Source: Orbicella franksi
Taxonomy: Eukaryota
DNA length: 64,000 nt
Reading direction: 5' to 3'
Assembly: GCA_964199315.1 (NCBI GenBank)
Contig: OZ116704.1
Location: forward strand, 10,912,001 to 10,976,000
Position 1 is the first letter of the stretch, and each line of letters begins with the position of its first letter. Shown here piece by piece: positions 34,259 through 47,700 of the stretch. The notes under the pieces were generated by a model that was not told the origin of the DNA, made no database searches, and saw nothing but the letters and a program-made list of their open reading frames with translations. Both the position numbers and the translations under genes were made by a program.

Positions 34259-35668
34259 GTCAATCTGAAACATTCGGACTGATCTCTGCAACGGTTTAGT
34301 TGAGCTAAAAGAAAGGATTCTGTAAATGCCTTTTTTCTTTTCATGTTCCTCAGCTTTTTTTTTTTTTTTTTTTATAGTTTCTAGTAAATTGCTCATTTTT
34401 GTAAACGAGAGTAATGTTCTCCCTCGCGCTTTCCCGCTCAGTTCTTCCCGTTTTCTTTTTCTTTTTTTCTCTTTTTTTTCGTGCTAAGAACTCCTCGTCT
34501 GGCGACGCGTGAGAATTTGAGTTTAGCGATCACTTGATAACGTTTCTCATCGAACGGTTTTTGTTTGTCATCGCGAATAACTGTTACTAAGGCAAATTGG
34601 ATGATTTGTCAGTGGGTCGCTCAATTGGTCATATTCAAAATATCCCCAGGGCGTCTGTGTGACTCACAGCGTGTTTTATTGGAGGCGAGATCAATTGACC
34701 TCTGATGTCATGTGTTCAATTTGTTCGCGAAAACAATCCATTTACAACTCGCTTTGTTCGCTGAAAACTGCTTCAGGTGATCTTTGTCTGAAACTGATCT
34801 GCCGTAAACTTGAACTTCCAGTGAGAAAGGAAACTGGCGACGAAATCACAAGCTTCTGTAAGCCCTTAACAAACATACAATTATTTTAATGATGATGATT
34901 TCACTTTCCGCCTGTTTGTTTACTTTACATTATTTAGCGATCTCGTGTTCCAATTGGCATCCATGCTACAGGACCCTTGCTAATCGTTGTTTTATTTACA
35001 ACTCGGTAGAACCAATTGCGATGCATGTTCTTTGTGGTAATTGCTTTTTGTTTTCAGTGGCCCATGGAATGCAAATTTGCAAAGGTTACAAGATTTATTA
35101 TCCGCGAGAAAAGACGAGCACACCGCGTTTGAAAATTACTTAATCCACCTCTGCAAAAATTGTGATCGATAAAGATTTGACTAGAACTAACGAGTGTCGT
35201 TGAGTCGAACTTACCCAAGGAGCTGGAAGCCATCAAAAAACTTCTGTAACCTACACCGGATGTGAATTTGCCTTGCAGCTATGGCCTCACCGAAGTATAT
35301 TTTGACATGATTGAAGTTGTCAGTCATAAAATCGATAATAATTATTCGTCCGGCTTTATGTGGAAATACACTGCAAAGAAAATGCGTGAACGTAGAATTA
35401 CTTGTTGCTCGGGCGATGATATGTTTACGTTTAAATAATGCAGGAGTAAATGAAATTGACAAGATCTGTTACAGCGGAAGCTGGTGAGCGGATTTCAAAC
35501 CGAGAGTACAAACCGACAGCGTTTACTTTCAGATCGACCTTTCATTACATCGACATTTACAGATATCATTGTAAACTTTGACGTTTGTTTACGCAGGAAC
35601 TGTGGTTAAGTGCTGCCTTTGAGAAGTCTGAAGGAAGAGGAACTGGATGAATAAATGATAAACTCTCG

Positions 35669-38600
35669 ATGAAAACCGAGGCAATGTCATCGCCGCAAGC
35701 AGACGCTGAAAATATAAACATGGCGCTGCCCGAGCTCCCGAAACGATGGAAATCGCGACTCCAGAGGTTTCAAAGTTCTTTGAGGCGTTCAGTGCGGTTA
35801 AAAAGGAGAAATTCACCGCAATCAGCCTCCTGTGTTGACGGAGAGCATTGTGGTGTTCTCGAAAACGATCACGAAAATCTTGCGAATCGATCCGACAAGC
35901 ACGTGAGGAGAGAAAAACACAACGGCGCGCCAACCAAACAGCTAAATGGCAAGAAAACAACTTCACACTCGCATTACGTGAATGGAAAAACATCACTTGA
36001 CAGCTATGGTTTTGATAAGCGGAAATCTGAGCAAAGCAAAACAAACGGCAATAACAATCAGAGCGAAAAAAATGCCGCGGAGTCGACTTCGAGGCCTGCA
36101 CACGTCAGTGAGTTGGCAGGTTACAGTCAAGTTGGATCAGCCCAGCAGAAAAAATCACACAAATCTAAACGACACAGAGCTAACACAAACACGGAAAGGA
36201 CATCACTCTCGAAGTCTAAGAGCTTGAGTATACTGACGAATTTATTCAAGCGTTCCAGCAATTCAAAGGACAAAAATAACCGTGGGAAAAATTCGTCATT
36301 TGCGGATGCGAAAGATTTTTCAACAGCTACTAACAGTGCTGATTTTGATGGTTTGGTAACAGATACTGTTGTCAGCTCCTCGTCGATTGATTCGTTTGGT
36401 GATAACGATTCTCGCTTCAGTGGTAGCAAGTATTACTCCTTGAAACGGTCAAAAAAATCCTTGATTTTTCCGAAAAATTACCTCGCGAGATCGTTTTCCT
36501 TGGACAATTCACTGGATCCTTGTAACGACTCTCTGATGGAAAAATCTAGAACACTGGCAGCGATTCCACCGAGCATCCGGGTAGAAGAATACCGCGAAAA
36601 TCGCGGGTGTTTCGAGAGGTCACTTACGGTAGAATTTAATCCAGGGTCCTCTGGCTCGGTAACAATCGATACGGGACCCGAATATTATCAAAAATTGACA
36701 GGATGTTCGGCTTCACGCACAGCACAAGTGCTTAACTCGTACACGCATTCAAGTGGTGCTCGAAAAAATGGTGTTGAACCCGCAACAGCGCCAAATATCA
36801 CCGACGTTGCCGAAAAGAGTTCTGACGCATGGAAGAGACGGTCGGCTCCACCTATTTTGTCATTTTCTACTGATAAATGCTCATCAAATATTGGATCGCC
36901 AATATTCCACGAATTGAAAACGGATATTGTAAAAGTTGAGAGCAGGAGTCAATTGGAAGGTAACAGCGATGAGGATCAGTTCAACTTTTCAGAGAAGGGA
37001 AATTCGTCTTCAGAAACCGTCGAATGCACTGCCATTTTAAAATCAGATATGGGGAACAACCTGTCCTATGGAACGCAAAACCCGCGAAAATTCAATTCGA
37101 AAGATGTTAAGTTCAAATCAGTCATCCTTCGATCGATCAAGAGAAATGGTAAAACTTTCCACGTCAAGTCGTATGATGGCGAAGAGGACCCGATCATTGA
37201 GCAGACAGACTATCTGGAAAGTTTTGAACGAGAACTTGAAAATGGGCGATTAAATTATCTCGCCAAAGACGTCAGCCCGGTTAATGAGCTTACAAAAGAC
37301 AACTCTAATTCATTGTACGAGGGAAGTGAAGCGCTTGGAATTAGTGAACATATGATTGATGCCCTTCAAGGAAATAATTATACGCAAAATTTTTCCGATC
37401 TTAAATCAACAGCTGACTGGAACAGTAGTGGAAATCAAAGCAGAGAAAACCGATCTAACGAAGAAAAATGTACTTGTGAAAACACAGAACGTTTACCGAA
37501 TGAAAATGTAAACAAAGAAGAAAAAGTTTGCGAAGAAAAGTGTTGTTCTTCGACCTTTGGACAAACAGGGCACAACGACTCATCGAAACAAGGAGATTGT
37601 TTATCTTGTAAGGAAACAAGAAACAAGTTGACAGATACTGAGTTGAGGCGATGTTCGCCCGTATTTCCTGATCCGTCGTCACGAGAAGTAAATCCCGGTG
37701 TATTGAGCGAACAAAAGTTGCGTGATCATATCTCAGCGCAGTTAATCACCTGCGGCTTAGGCGAGATTTGCAATAGCGGTCAGGGATTGGCTAGAAACCT
37801 CAAAGTGAATAGTTTACCTTGCTCGCCCAGAGAAAGTGTATTGCCTGTTGAAACAATGCATAGCAGTTTCCCAGACATTAGAAAATTGCATTCTCAACAT
37901 TTGTCACCAAAACTCTCAGAAAGCAGTGATAGTTTTTCATCCAGTAGTTTACATGTGGAACACAGCTTTGAAAACAATGCAAGTATTGACAGAGGTGGAA
38001 AGATAAACAATCCAATGCTTTCCAATGGCCTTTCAAATTGTTCCAAACATGGAGGTATCGTTAAGTCTAACTTGAGTCCAGCATCTCCCGAGGAAAGGCA
38101 GCGTTCGTGTAGTGCAAGAATACCATCTAAGTCACCATTACATCGGGTATTACAGACACAGAACCGTTCTGCATCTTGCTCACAATTGGATAAGGATGGC
38201 GATGACAGTTCAACATGCACCAGCCCACCTTATGTCAGACCACGCATTCAGAGTCTTGAGGAGCTGCCGCCATGCACAGCAGCGGTCATCCTCAGAAAGA
38301 AGAAAAGCATAATTAGGAAAACTAGAATGAAGCATACTGCTTCTCTATCTTTTGTCGACAATGAGTTTAATGGTATGATTGACAAGAGCAAGCGTCATTC
38401 ATATGGTGGTTATAGTGACAGAACTTTCCTTGAGCTTCCACATCTATTGCATAGATCCCACAGTGCCGAAAGCCAGTTAGACAGTTGCAACAGTTCACTG
38501 CAATCTCTCAACTCCTCGTCATCATTCACAGAAAATGAGCTTGGAAGCACTTTCTCTATCATGTCAGAACTTTCCATCCCTGGTGTCTTGGATAAGAGCT

Positions 38601-38758
38601 TGGGCCGTTCACGCAGTGTGCCTGGGCTTTTCGGTATCGCTGATATCCGCCAGGCCTCACCCATCCCAGAAGAACGTGCTTCAGTCTCAGAAATGGAGTG
38701 GCCTAGCAAATCAGCAGAGAACAGTGATGACGATGATGACGATGATGTGGACGGTGAG
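35669..38758 (+). CDS. 3090-bp first coding exon of the RhoGEF: Ser-rich, low-complexity N-terminal extension
   Basis: Single open frame of >1000 codons ending at a phase-0 GAG|GTAGGA donor, compatible with the phase-0 SH3 exon. The join across the 6-kb intron is inferred. Confidence 0.75.
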
Positions 38759-41700
38759 GTAGGAACATTAATTTTATTTATTCTATTAATGGCTCAAGTG
38801 GAACCTAAATGAAGGTAAATGAGAATAGTATCTTCAAATTAGGGTAATTATCCCTCAAAATAAAATAAATGATAATTTTATTGCCTGCATACATGATGAT
38901 TGGCCACTGGGCTAAAATACAGACTTCCCTACATACATATTTCCAAATGTCTTTTCAATGAAAACGGGAAGCAAGACAAAATTTCTAACTTCTTTCAGAA
39001 TCTATTTCCCCTTTGCAACATGAATGCTTTCTGGACCAGACAGATGATGAGAATAGCCAGATTCATCAGCTTAGTGATATTGTCTCAAAATCTATTTATA
39101 TTTATGACATTTATTTTTATTATGCCATATATCATAAACTTATTTAGTACATGTACATACGTATTTTATTAAATAATTCACCAAATTGCCAGTGAAATTT
39201 ATATTTCGGGCTTAGACATGTGCCGGTAGCTGCCCATACGAAACAGCTAGATCTCGATTTTCTAGGGCTTTTCAAGACAAATTTAACGTCTTTAGAATGT
39301 AGCAAATGTCTTGAGAGACTCTTCAAATGCTGCTTCACCTGTTTGTCTATAATGAAAAGTCTTGAAGTTTCCGAAAGGTTCGGACAGAAGGAAGATAACA
39401 ATTAATTTCAAAGGAATTTGGCAGAAATTTCAGCAGAAATTTCAGCAAAAATATCTGCCTTTATTAGTGTGTTATGTACAATATGTGCATTAAGGGCGTA
39501 CATGTATATAATATAAATACTGGAAAATGTTAATTGGAGAGTACGATAGCAGGAAGAAGAGAAAAAAAATATTATAAAGAAAAGTGTGCGAAATTATTAT
39601 AATAACAAGTTTAGATAAACATGTTTGATTTGATGACTGAGAGAAGGGTTTTCCCAACTAAACGAGATCTAGAGTGACTTACAGTTAAATAAAATGTTCA
39701 ATTCACCTCGGTTATTGGCACACATTTCTTTCAATGTTAGCTCTGAATGTGATGGTACTGTCTAAGGCAATATCTCCTGGTTGATAATTTTCTTATATTG
39801 TCATTAGCTTTCTACTTGTCAGTGTATTTTCTTTTAAAAGGAGAAATTGGATTTCAATCATTTTTGTTTATTACAAGGCTGTGGAAGTGTTGCCACACTG
39901 ATGGTTTACAACCAGATTTACAGTGCTCCATGGAATCCATTGGTCATTAAAACTATTTGTCGTCATCTGTTTTCTGTGACATAGTTCATGCATGTCGAGC
40001 TCTCTCCATCAAGGAGTTCAAATCGGTGACAGAATCTTCTAAGGGAGCCCAACAAAAACAAAATGGGGTGTGGGGAAGGTGAGGGTTATGTGACCTGAAT
40101 GTTACACTAGAATCCTTTGGCGGGGAACGGGGGTGGGGTGGATAACTATAAATTCTGTTAGTCATTCATGCTATATAAAATCTGTTTCTAGTAGTGTGTA
40201 TGTGGGCGTTGGTTGGATTGCAAACTTTTGCCCCTTTCCATTGCCTTAAAAATGTTTTTACCATTCTTTAACAACTTGCAAACAACAGGGCCTCACAGAC
40301 TGTAGCCACTAACAGGCCGACCAAGGCACTTGCTTCAGTAACACACACACAAAAAAACAAAAACACATAATGACGTTATTTCTTTATTTAAGACCCTGTA
40401 ACAGCTACATTAAAAAAAAATAATAATAATAATGAACATGATATTCGAAAAGTAATAGTCAAGTATGAAAGAAATAGTTTTCCCTTTTCTGAGACTGTGT
40501 CCATAAGAATTTATGTCTGGCTACTGTACATATAGGCTTACATATTTAGATTAACACAGGGAAAGATTTAATTTGAGAATGTCATGCAGCTGGGTGTTTT
40601 ATTGTTATGATGCTCTAAAGGAGAAAAAACGCAGCTACCTGTCACTGTTCACAGTCTTCACAGTGCTGCTGAGTGTTAACAGATTCACAGGCCACCCCAC
40701 ATGAACTTCCATTACTAGCTACAATCCTGGCCAAAAGTCCTTGGGACAAAATGCCAACCTGATGACACATTATTTTTCAGTGGGAAGTCATTATTCAATT
40801 TTGGGAACCCCCATCCCCCCAAAGCAATGGTGGACTAGTGGGTCTACTTTGGATGAAACAACATCAACATTGCATTGGGGGTGGGGAGGTAGAGGTAGAC
40901 AGAACGACCATATGTTGGCAAAAGTGCAAAGTGTCCCAAGACTTTTGATCAGGATTGTAGTTCCAAGTTACATGTATTTGTTAAAATAAATCAGCAGTAT
41001 ACTTCTAATAACATCTGTGATTTCCTTTCTTTATCCACCTTCCTTTGCCACATCCACACTACTTCATAGTCTCACCCTACCCCTACCCCCCCTTCTTGCA
41101 CCCCCCATCATTTTTGACTCCTCAGTAAATATCAATGAATAAAAATTGCAAGATATTAAAATCAAACGCATGTGGCCAGAAATGATATTTGTTTTTAGAA
41201 AAAAAAGAAAAAGAAATATTTGTAGCATACTGATGTTGCAAATGTAGATGTTATCAGAAATAAAATGTGTGATCAGTCTTTATAGTCAAAGGGGCTCAGT
41301 CACGGCATTTTGAGTAAGCTTTTTTGGCGAGTACAAAATTCCCTTCAAATTGAAGGAAACCTGAAAATAGGAGTTTACTAAGATAAAAAAAAGAAAAAAA
41401 AACACCAAAGAGATAATGGTAAAACACAAAGGATTGAGAAGATTGACACGGATTACAAACGACGAACTTCAAAACTTTAGGCTAAACTTTTCAAGATACG
41501 TAAACCGTGACGTAGCCCCTTTAACATACTTGCAAATAATTGCATTTTCGCCTCTTTTGGCGTTGACCGACCAACTTTAAGAATTTAACGTGATAATCCA
41601 CTTTTTATTTGAATGAAAAATTTACTTGATCTTCTAATCCTCAAGAGGGTTATTTAGCTTTGTTTAGTAATCTACTTCGCAGAGTTATCGATTGTTGCTC

Positions 41701-44700
41701 CGGAATGCAGGAATTAAGTCGCGTAAAATAATAGCAAAGTAGTGTTTTCATTTGGATTTGCGTTCACAGAGGTATAGAAAAAGGTCAAATAAAATTTTAA
41801 TTAATAAGCCTGAATGACCATTGCAGATCGAGAACGTGAAAAGCAAGAGCAAAATCTATAAGGTAAACTTTTTTAACATGCGACTTTAGGTCTTTCTATC
41901 AACTTTAGATATCCGAAGATGTGCTGCTTTCTGACATTGCACCGGCAGATTTTTGACAGCCCGAGGCATGGAAAATGCTACAGCTAAATTAGCATGCTTG
42001 ACGTGCTGTCAGGGATTTCGTCAGACCAAGCAAACAAACTGGGCCATGGATAGATCGAGTTTCAGTGCTGAACTCCCAGAACCATGCAGCCAGTTTTTTG
42101 AGCAGTTTGGAATTAATTTAGATTCGTGGAATCGATAGCGAGTGAAGCTGCTGTTCTAGTCAAGTTCACAATTTAAAAAGTCATTAGTACCAGTGTTTAG
42201 GGATTGTGTTGAACTGTTGTCTAAAAACGTAACTCGCTCCATCGCCCTCCCACAAGAAATCACACAGGTTGGAAGCAGAACATGGCCGCTCTGATATCTG
42301 ATTATATCTGTAGTATCTGAATTCGTTGCTGTTACTAGATTGCACAATAAGCTTACGAGGTAAGATAATTCTCGTATCATCCGTCCAATCGCAGTTATTT
42401 TTAATGTATTGGTCTTTGAGCTAATCCAGGTCTGACATTGATCATTTACGTACCCCTATTTGCACGCTTAGTGCTTATCAGTCGATAACTAGAAAATATT
42501 ACCTTCCAGGTCGAGATATGGTTATCCTATGAATCATGACTACCGATACATGCAAGAATCTCTCTTTGTTTATTATTTCAATGCAGTCGATAATGAAACT
42601 ATAAACAGTTCATTAGCAAGTTTCGTGCTTTCACTGATGTAAACTACAGATGTTTGCGAACGCTTTTGCTACCACCTTGATGGTGTTGTCTTGTCTTATA
42701 TTTCACGGTGAAAATGACGCACTCAAAAAATTCAAAAGGATGTCAGTTATAGAAACAGAGATCATATTAAACTTCAGAAGTATTCGTGGATGTCTGAATT
42801 CATCACAGCTCGTCAGTCATATAAAATTAAATTGCCCTCTTCCTTGCTGTACAACATCGTCATTTATAAAAGTCCCAGTTTTAATTGAAGTCGTGGTTCT
42901 AATCATTTCATCGTGGATTTAAACCGCAAAATCTCATGCGCTCAGAATTCACCACAATTCTAAGAGGTGATGTGAGCGACTGAACGATGAACACGTCGCG
43001 CGCGCGGGTTCATTTTCGGCTTGTACCCTCGTTTTCTAAATCTACACTTAAATTGTACCAGATTCGGTCTCGCCAGACTCCGGCTATTAGCTTTCAAATA
43101 TCGATACAGTAAAAACACATTTATTTTTGGGTGCTAAATGCTTACCGGCGTCCAAATTGGTGTGTAAACAAAACAACTTAATATAGACTTGGTGGAAATA
43201 TAAATAGACATTTTAAAATGGCACAAAGCTAAACCGATCAAATTCTCCTTGTATTCGCGTTTCTGTTTTCGGTAAAACGTTCATATCGTTGAGATTCGCA
43301 CGGTGATTTTGAGAACGTCATTATTTGTCATTAGAGCACTTTGAGTATTTAATTCATTATCCATTAACTTTTATTTAATATCCGTGGGAAAGTTATTTTT
43401 TGAAAGTGCCGAACCACAGAAATGTGTTTGTGTTCTTTGTTTATGTGCGCCTTTTGTTTGAATTTAAATTTATGCCCTGTGTTTGCAAACATCGTAGAAT
43501 GTTACTGTGTCTTCGGGATTGCGTTTCATTGTGGGGTGTTTTGTCGGTAAATGGTCTTTGCTGCATTAATATGATTATAATAACTGTTAATTAAAATGTT
43601 ATCATTTGAGCGATGCAATTAGCATGTAAATTTTCCAAAAGAATCTTTTCGAAGTCGGGTTTTAGAGTTCGCGAGAATAATAAGATATAGATCACAAAGG
43701 AAAAGCAGTCGTTAAGGTAAATTCTCCCAACTAAACTACAGGAAATGTACTGAAATCTGTAAGAAGAATTTCAATTTTGAAACTAGAGCAGTGCTGAGCG
43801 TCCAGGTATTGCTAAGAGCACGGTGATTCTACTTTGTCATTCGCTCTACTTATATATCCGGCGATCTATACTGAGTTCATTCTTGAGAAAACAAGACTAC
43901 TTTAAGCTGCCTCTCCGAAAGCGTGCCTTTCTGTTTGTCAAAAATCCAACGAATGTACCACAAAGGCATGTTTGTTTCTATCGTTTTGTTTTCGGACGTT
44001 TTCGCGGTAAACCGTGTAAACAGAAACGGGATATTTGTCGATGTTTCTTCCTTTCGTGAAGTTTAGTTCTTAACGATACTGTGCATGCATCTCATACTGA
44101 TAGGCGCTTTTATAAAACTTGGATGAATTTAGTAAAAGGGCCAGACTTGATCAAAACAGTTACTGGACTTACCTTTTATAAGCTAAATCAATAGACAAGG
44201 TTTAGAGAGACAAGAGACGTTTTTTAGATTTTTTTTTTAAAGTGATTCAACGAGGTAAAGGCGTCGCGGTTTGACTCTAGTTGTCAATCGTTCGTTGATA
44301 TGCCACTGGAGTTTCCTTGTTGTTTACTGGGGTGTCGTTTCATTTTAATGGCTTCAAGTTGGCCTTTAATTACTCTGCCTTGCGAGAAATCTTTCCAATA
44401 TATAAATGTGTTAAAAATATACTTCTAAATAGCCGGCGCGTTAATTAGTGGTTTTCACTCTGTGGGGCGAGAATTGAAATAAAAATACGTCTGTGAATTG
44501 GAGAAGAAGCGCACGTAAACATAAACACGCATTTTCTAGGGACATTTACTATGTGGAAATATTTGTGGGTTGCGCCTTATCTTTACCTCGGTCACCGTTT
44601 AAGAGCATTTCATGGAAAAAAAACTCGCTCGCGTCATAGTTTGCGCAAATACTGAAATAGAGGTTAGTTGATGCAGAAATGCCAAACACACACGCACACC

Positions 44701-47700
44701 ACCAACGCAATATCAGGCCCAGTTTCTTGCAGACCAATATCAGCCGATAACTTCAAGTCGCTTCTTTTACGCGCACGCACCTACTTCAAACTCTCTTTTC
44801 TTACTTCCGTTTTACGTGACAGATGGATGTACCAGAAGCCTTTGCAGAAGCGCTGTGGGATCACGTGACCATGGACCCGGAGGAGCTGAGTTTCCAAGCG
44901 GGTGACATCATCACTGTGCTGACCATGACGTCATGTGATTGGTGGTTCGGTCAAGTCGGGGATCAGGTCGGCTGGTTTCCTGCGCCGTTTGTTCGGGTGA
45001 GTAGATAGACAGGGTGACATGAATTTTTCTGGAGTGGCGCGATGAACGTCGTCACGCCAACTTGTCACAGTTAGAGAAGAACACGCCACTCTGCAAACCA
45101 TGTAAATGTTCAAGTACTTCGAGTTCTCGGATTGCGTGACGAAAGTCGTCGTGTCACGCCAACTTAATATGGCTGGGATAATTGATTCCTGACGTAATCC
45201 CACCTTCACCAGAATCTTCAATCGATTGTAGTTCGAATCTTTCCTTTTTCTATTCTTTAGGTTCGTGTGTCACAGACGTTGGCCGCTGACGAAACGAAAC
45301 TTGCTCCTCCTGTGCGGACAAGAAAAGGAACTAATGAGGGGTTCCTGTCTGACGACGTCATCAGATCACGGGTTGTGCTAGAGATCCTCAGCACCGAGAG
45401 AGATTACGTCAAGAACCTGGAAGATGTGGTCGAGGTGAGCTGGAGAGAGTGCTTCAATTGTGTAGTGACCTCCCACTATCATAAGCCGGCAAAGCTTACA
45501 TACATGTAATCGATCAGCTGTTTGTGGAGCGAGTGGGGATAAATGACTGGAGAAACAACTTTTTAGAGTCAAAAAAGCGTGACCGAGATCCTCATTTCTT
45601 AATAAGTCAAGGGAGAACCCGCGATTAACAATTCTTAGACGTATCTCGAAAGGGACGGGACGAGCAATTCAGCACACGAAGGAAAACGAGTAATTGTTTA
45701 GGCTATCTCGACTTAATTGTGAAGTTTTTCCTATTCTTCTGACAGGGTTATCTGAAACAAGCGCGCAAAAGAACAGACATGTTTTCCGAGGAGCAGATTA
45801 CGAAGATATTCTCTAACATCGAGCAGATTTATCTGTTTCACCAGGAAATCTTGAGGCAGCTCGAGGAGTGTTTTGTGGAGGATGACCCATACGCATCTGA
45901 AATTGGCGCTGTGTTTCTTAATAACGTAAGTTTTATTGCGATCATGATATTAGGAGAGGGAAACTCGGAAGTCAAGGGTGCGAGAAGTCTACGGGAGGCG
46001 GGGAAAGAGAGGCTAGAATAGGGATTTTTCAATGGGGGGTGGGGGCAGAAAATTCACACCATTACGAAGTATTTTGCCCACCCCTCCCGCTCCAATCCCT
46101 TCTCATTGCTCCACTATACCAGCAGCTAGTAGTTTTTGAAGCTAATTGGTCTCGTCTGTTACGCGTTACAGAAACAAGGCTTCGACATTTACTCTGAGTA
46201 TTGTAACAACCATCCGCATGCAATGGCTGAGCTTAAAACCCTGTGTGCAAGTAACAAGTACAAGCAGTTTTTTGAGGTATGGCACTCTTTTGTCTTTAGA
46301 ATAGTGAACCGTAATTGTCATGTCGTAACGGCCTCGTGCGTCTCGCCTTGGCTCATACAAAAGACATAAACAATACAGTCAAACCTCCACTTCCGGCCAC
46401 CTCTTTACAACAACCTCTTCTTAATGTCCCGGCGGACGGTCCATACATTCACTCTAATTTTAACCTCTCTACAACAGCAGCGGCCACAAAAACTCGTTCC
46501 AACTGCCTAAACAACCTCTTAAAAACGGTCAGTTAATCAACGATTGACTAACAGTGCATTACAAAACTACATCTTGTATTGTAAGGTGACGAAAATTGAT
46601 CTATACCGCTCTTCGTTGGTCTCTGTTTCTGTCTAGTTTCTGTGTTATCGATATATTTTGACTGTGTTACGTATTTACGTGTTGAATAAGCATTGTATTA
46701 AAATAAAAATGTTGCAGGTACACCGCTACTTCCCATAACGGCCACCTCTCTTCCACGGCCACTTTCCTCTGTACGCGAAGTGGCCGCTATGGAGAGGTTC
46801 CACTGTAGTTTAGAATATAAGTTTAAGGTATGTTTGGATGAGTATCAATGACGTATGTGAGCTTAATATATTTTGTTATTTTCCTAGGCGTGCCGTCTTC
46901 TTCGAGACATGATCAGCATATCGTTGGATGGATTCTTGCTGACACCGGTGCAGAAGATCTGTAAATATCCCTTGCAGTTAGCGGTAAGTCTCGTCACTGT
47001 TTGTGTGTTCGTTATTCTCAAGGCTTTGCTTTCTTTTGCACATTTAGATTTTGCCTTATAAAACGTGGCATAAAGTCGTTTCTGCAGAGTTTGCAGCCTA
47101 ATTGGTAGCGCGTCGAATCCCCAGAATTCAAGCCCTGGATTCAAGGTTATTCCGTTGTGTCTTGGGCAAGACACTTTAAACTGCTCTTCAATACTGCTAT
47201 TTACGCTGTAGAATGATGGACACCGGATAACCGCCGGGACAACCCGACAGAATGCTTGAGATGCGAAGGGGTAGGGGACAACCTCTGATGGATTTGGGTA
47301 CCATCTAGGAGAGGGCTAAAACTGGAGTTGTCACCGACTCTATTAACTGCTCCTGGACTTGGGAATAAAACTAAATCAATATTATTGTTGCCTTGGCATT
47401 GTTACCTTTTGTGTGGTTCAAGGACTTTACATTTTCAACATGGATGTTGTGAGATCTAAAGTTCATTTTTCCCCTTTCTTCCGTCCAGGAGCTGAAGAAG
47501 CACACGAGCCCTGCTCACAAAGATTTCCAGACGGTCAAGCAAGCACTAGAAACCATGAAAGACGTGGCTTCGTTAATTAACGAACGCAAACGAAAAGTTG
47601 AAAGCATCAACAAGATCGCCAAGTGGCAAAGTACGATCGAGGGGTGGGAGGTGAGTTGAAATTACTCATTATGAAGGGTGGGGTGGGACGGAGGGAAACA

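Noticed and set aside
35589-38709. Minus-strand and off-frame ORFs overlapping the large RhoGEF exon
   Set aside because: Shadow ORFs of the 1047-aa frame.
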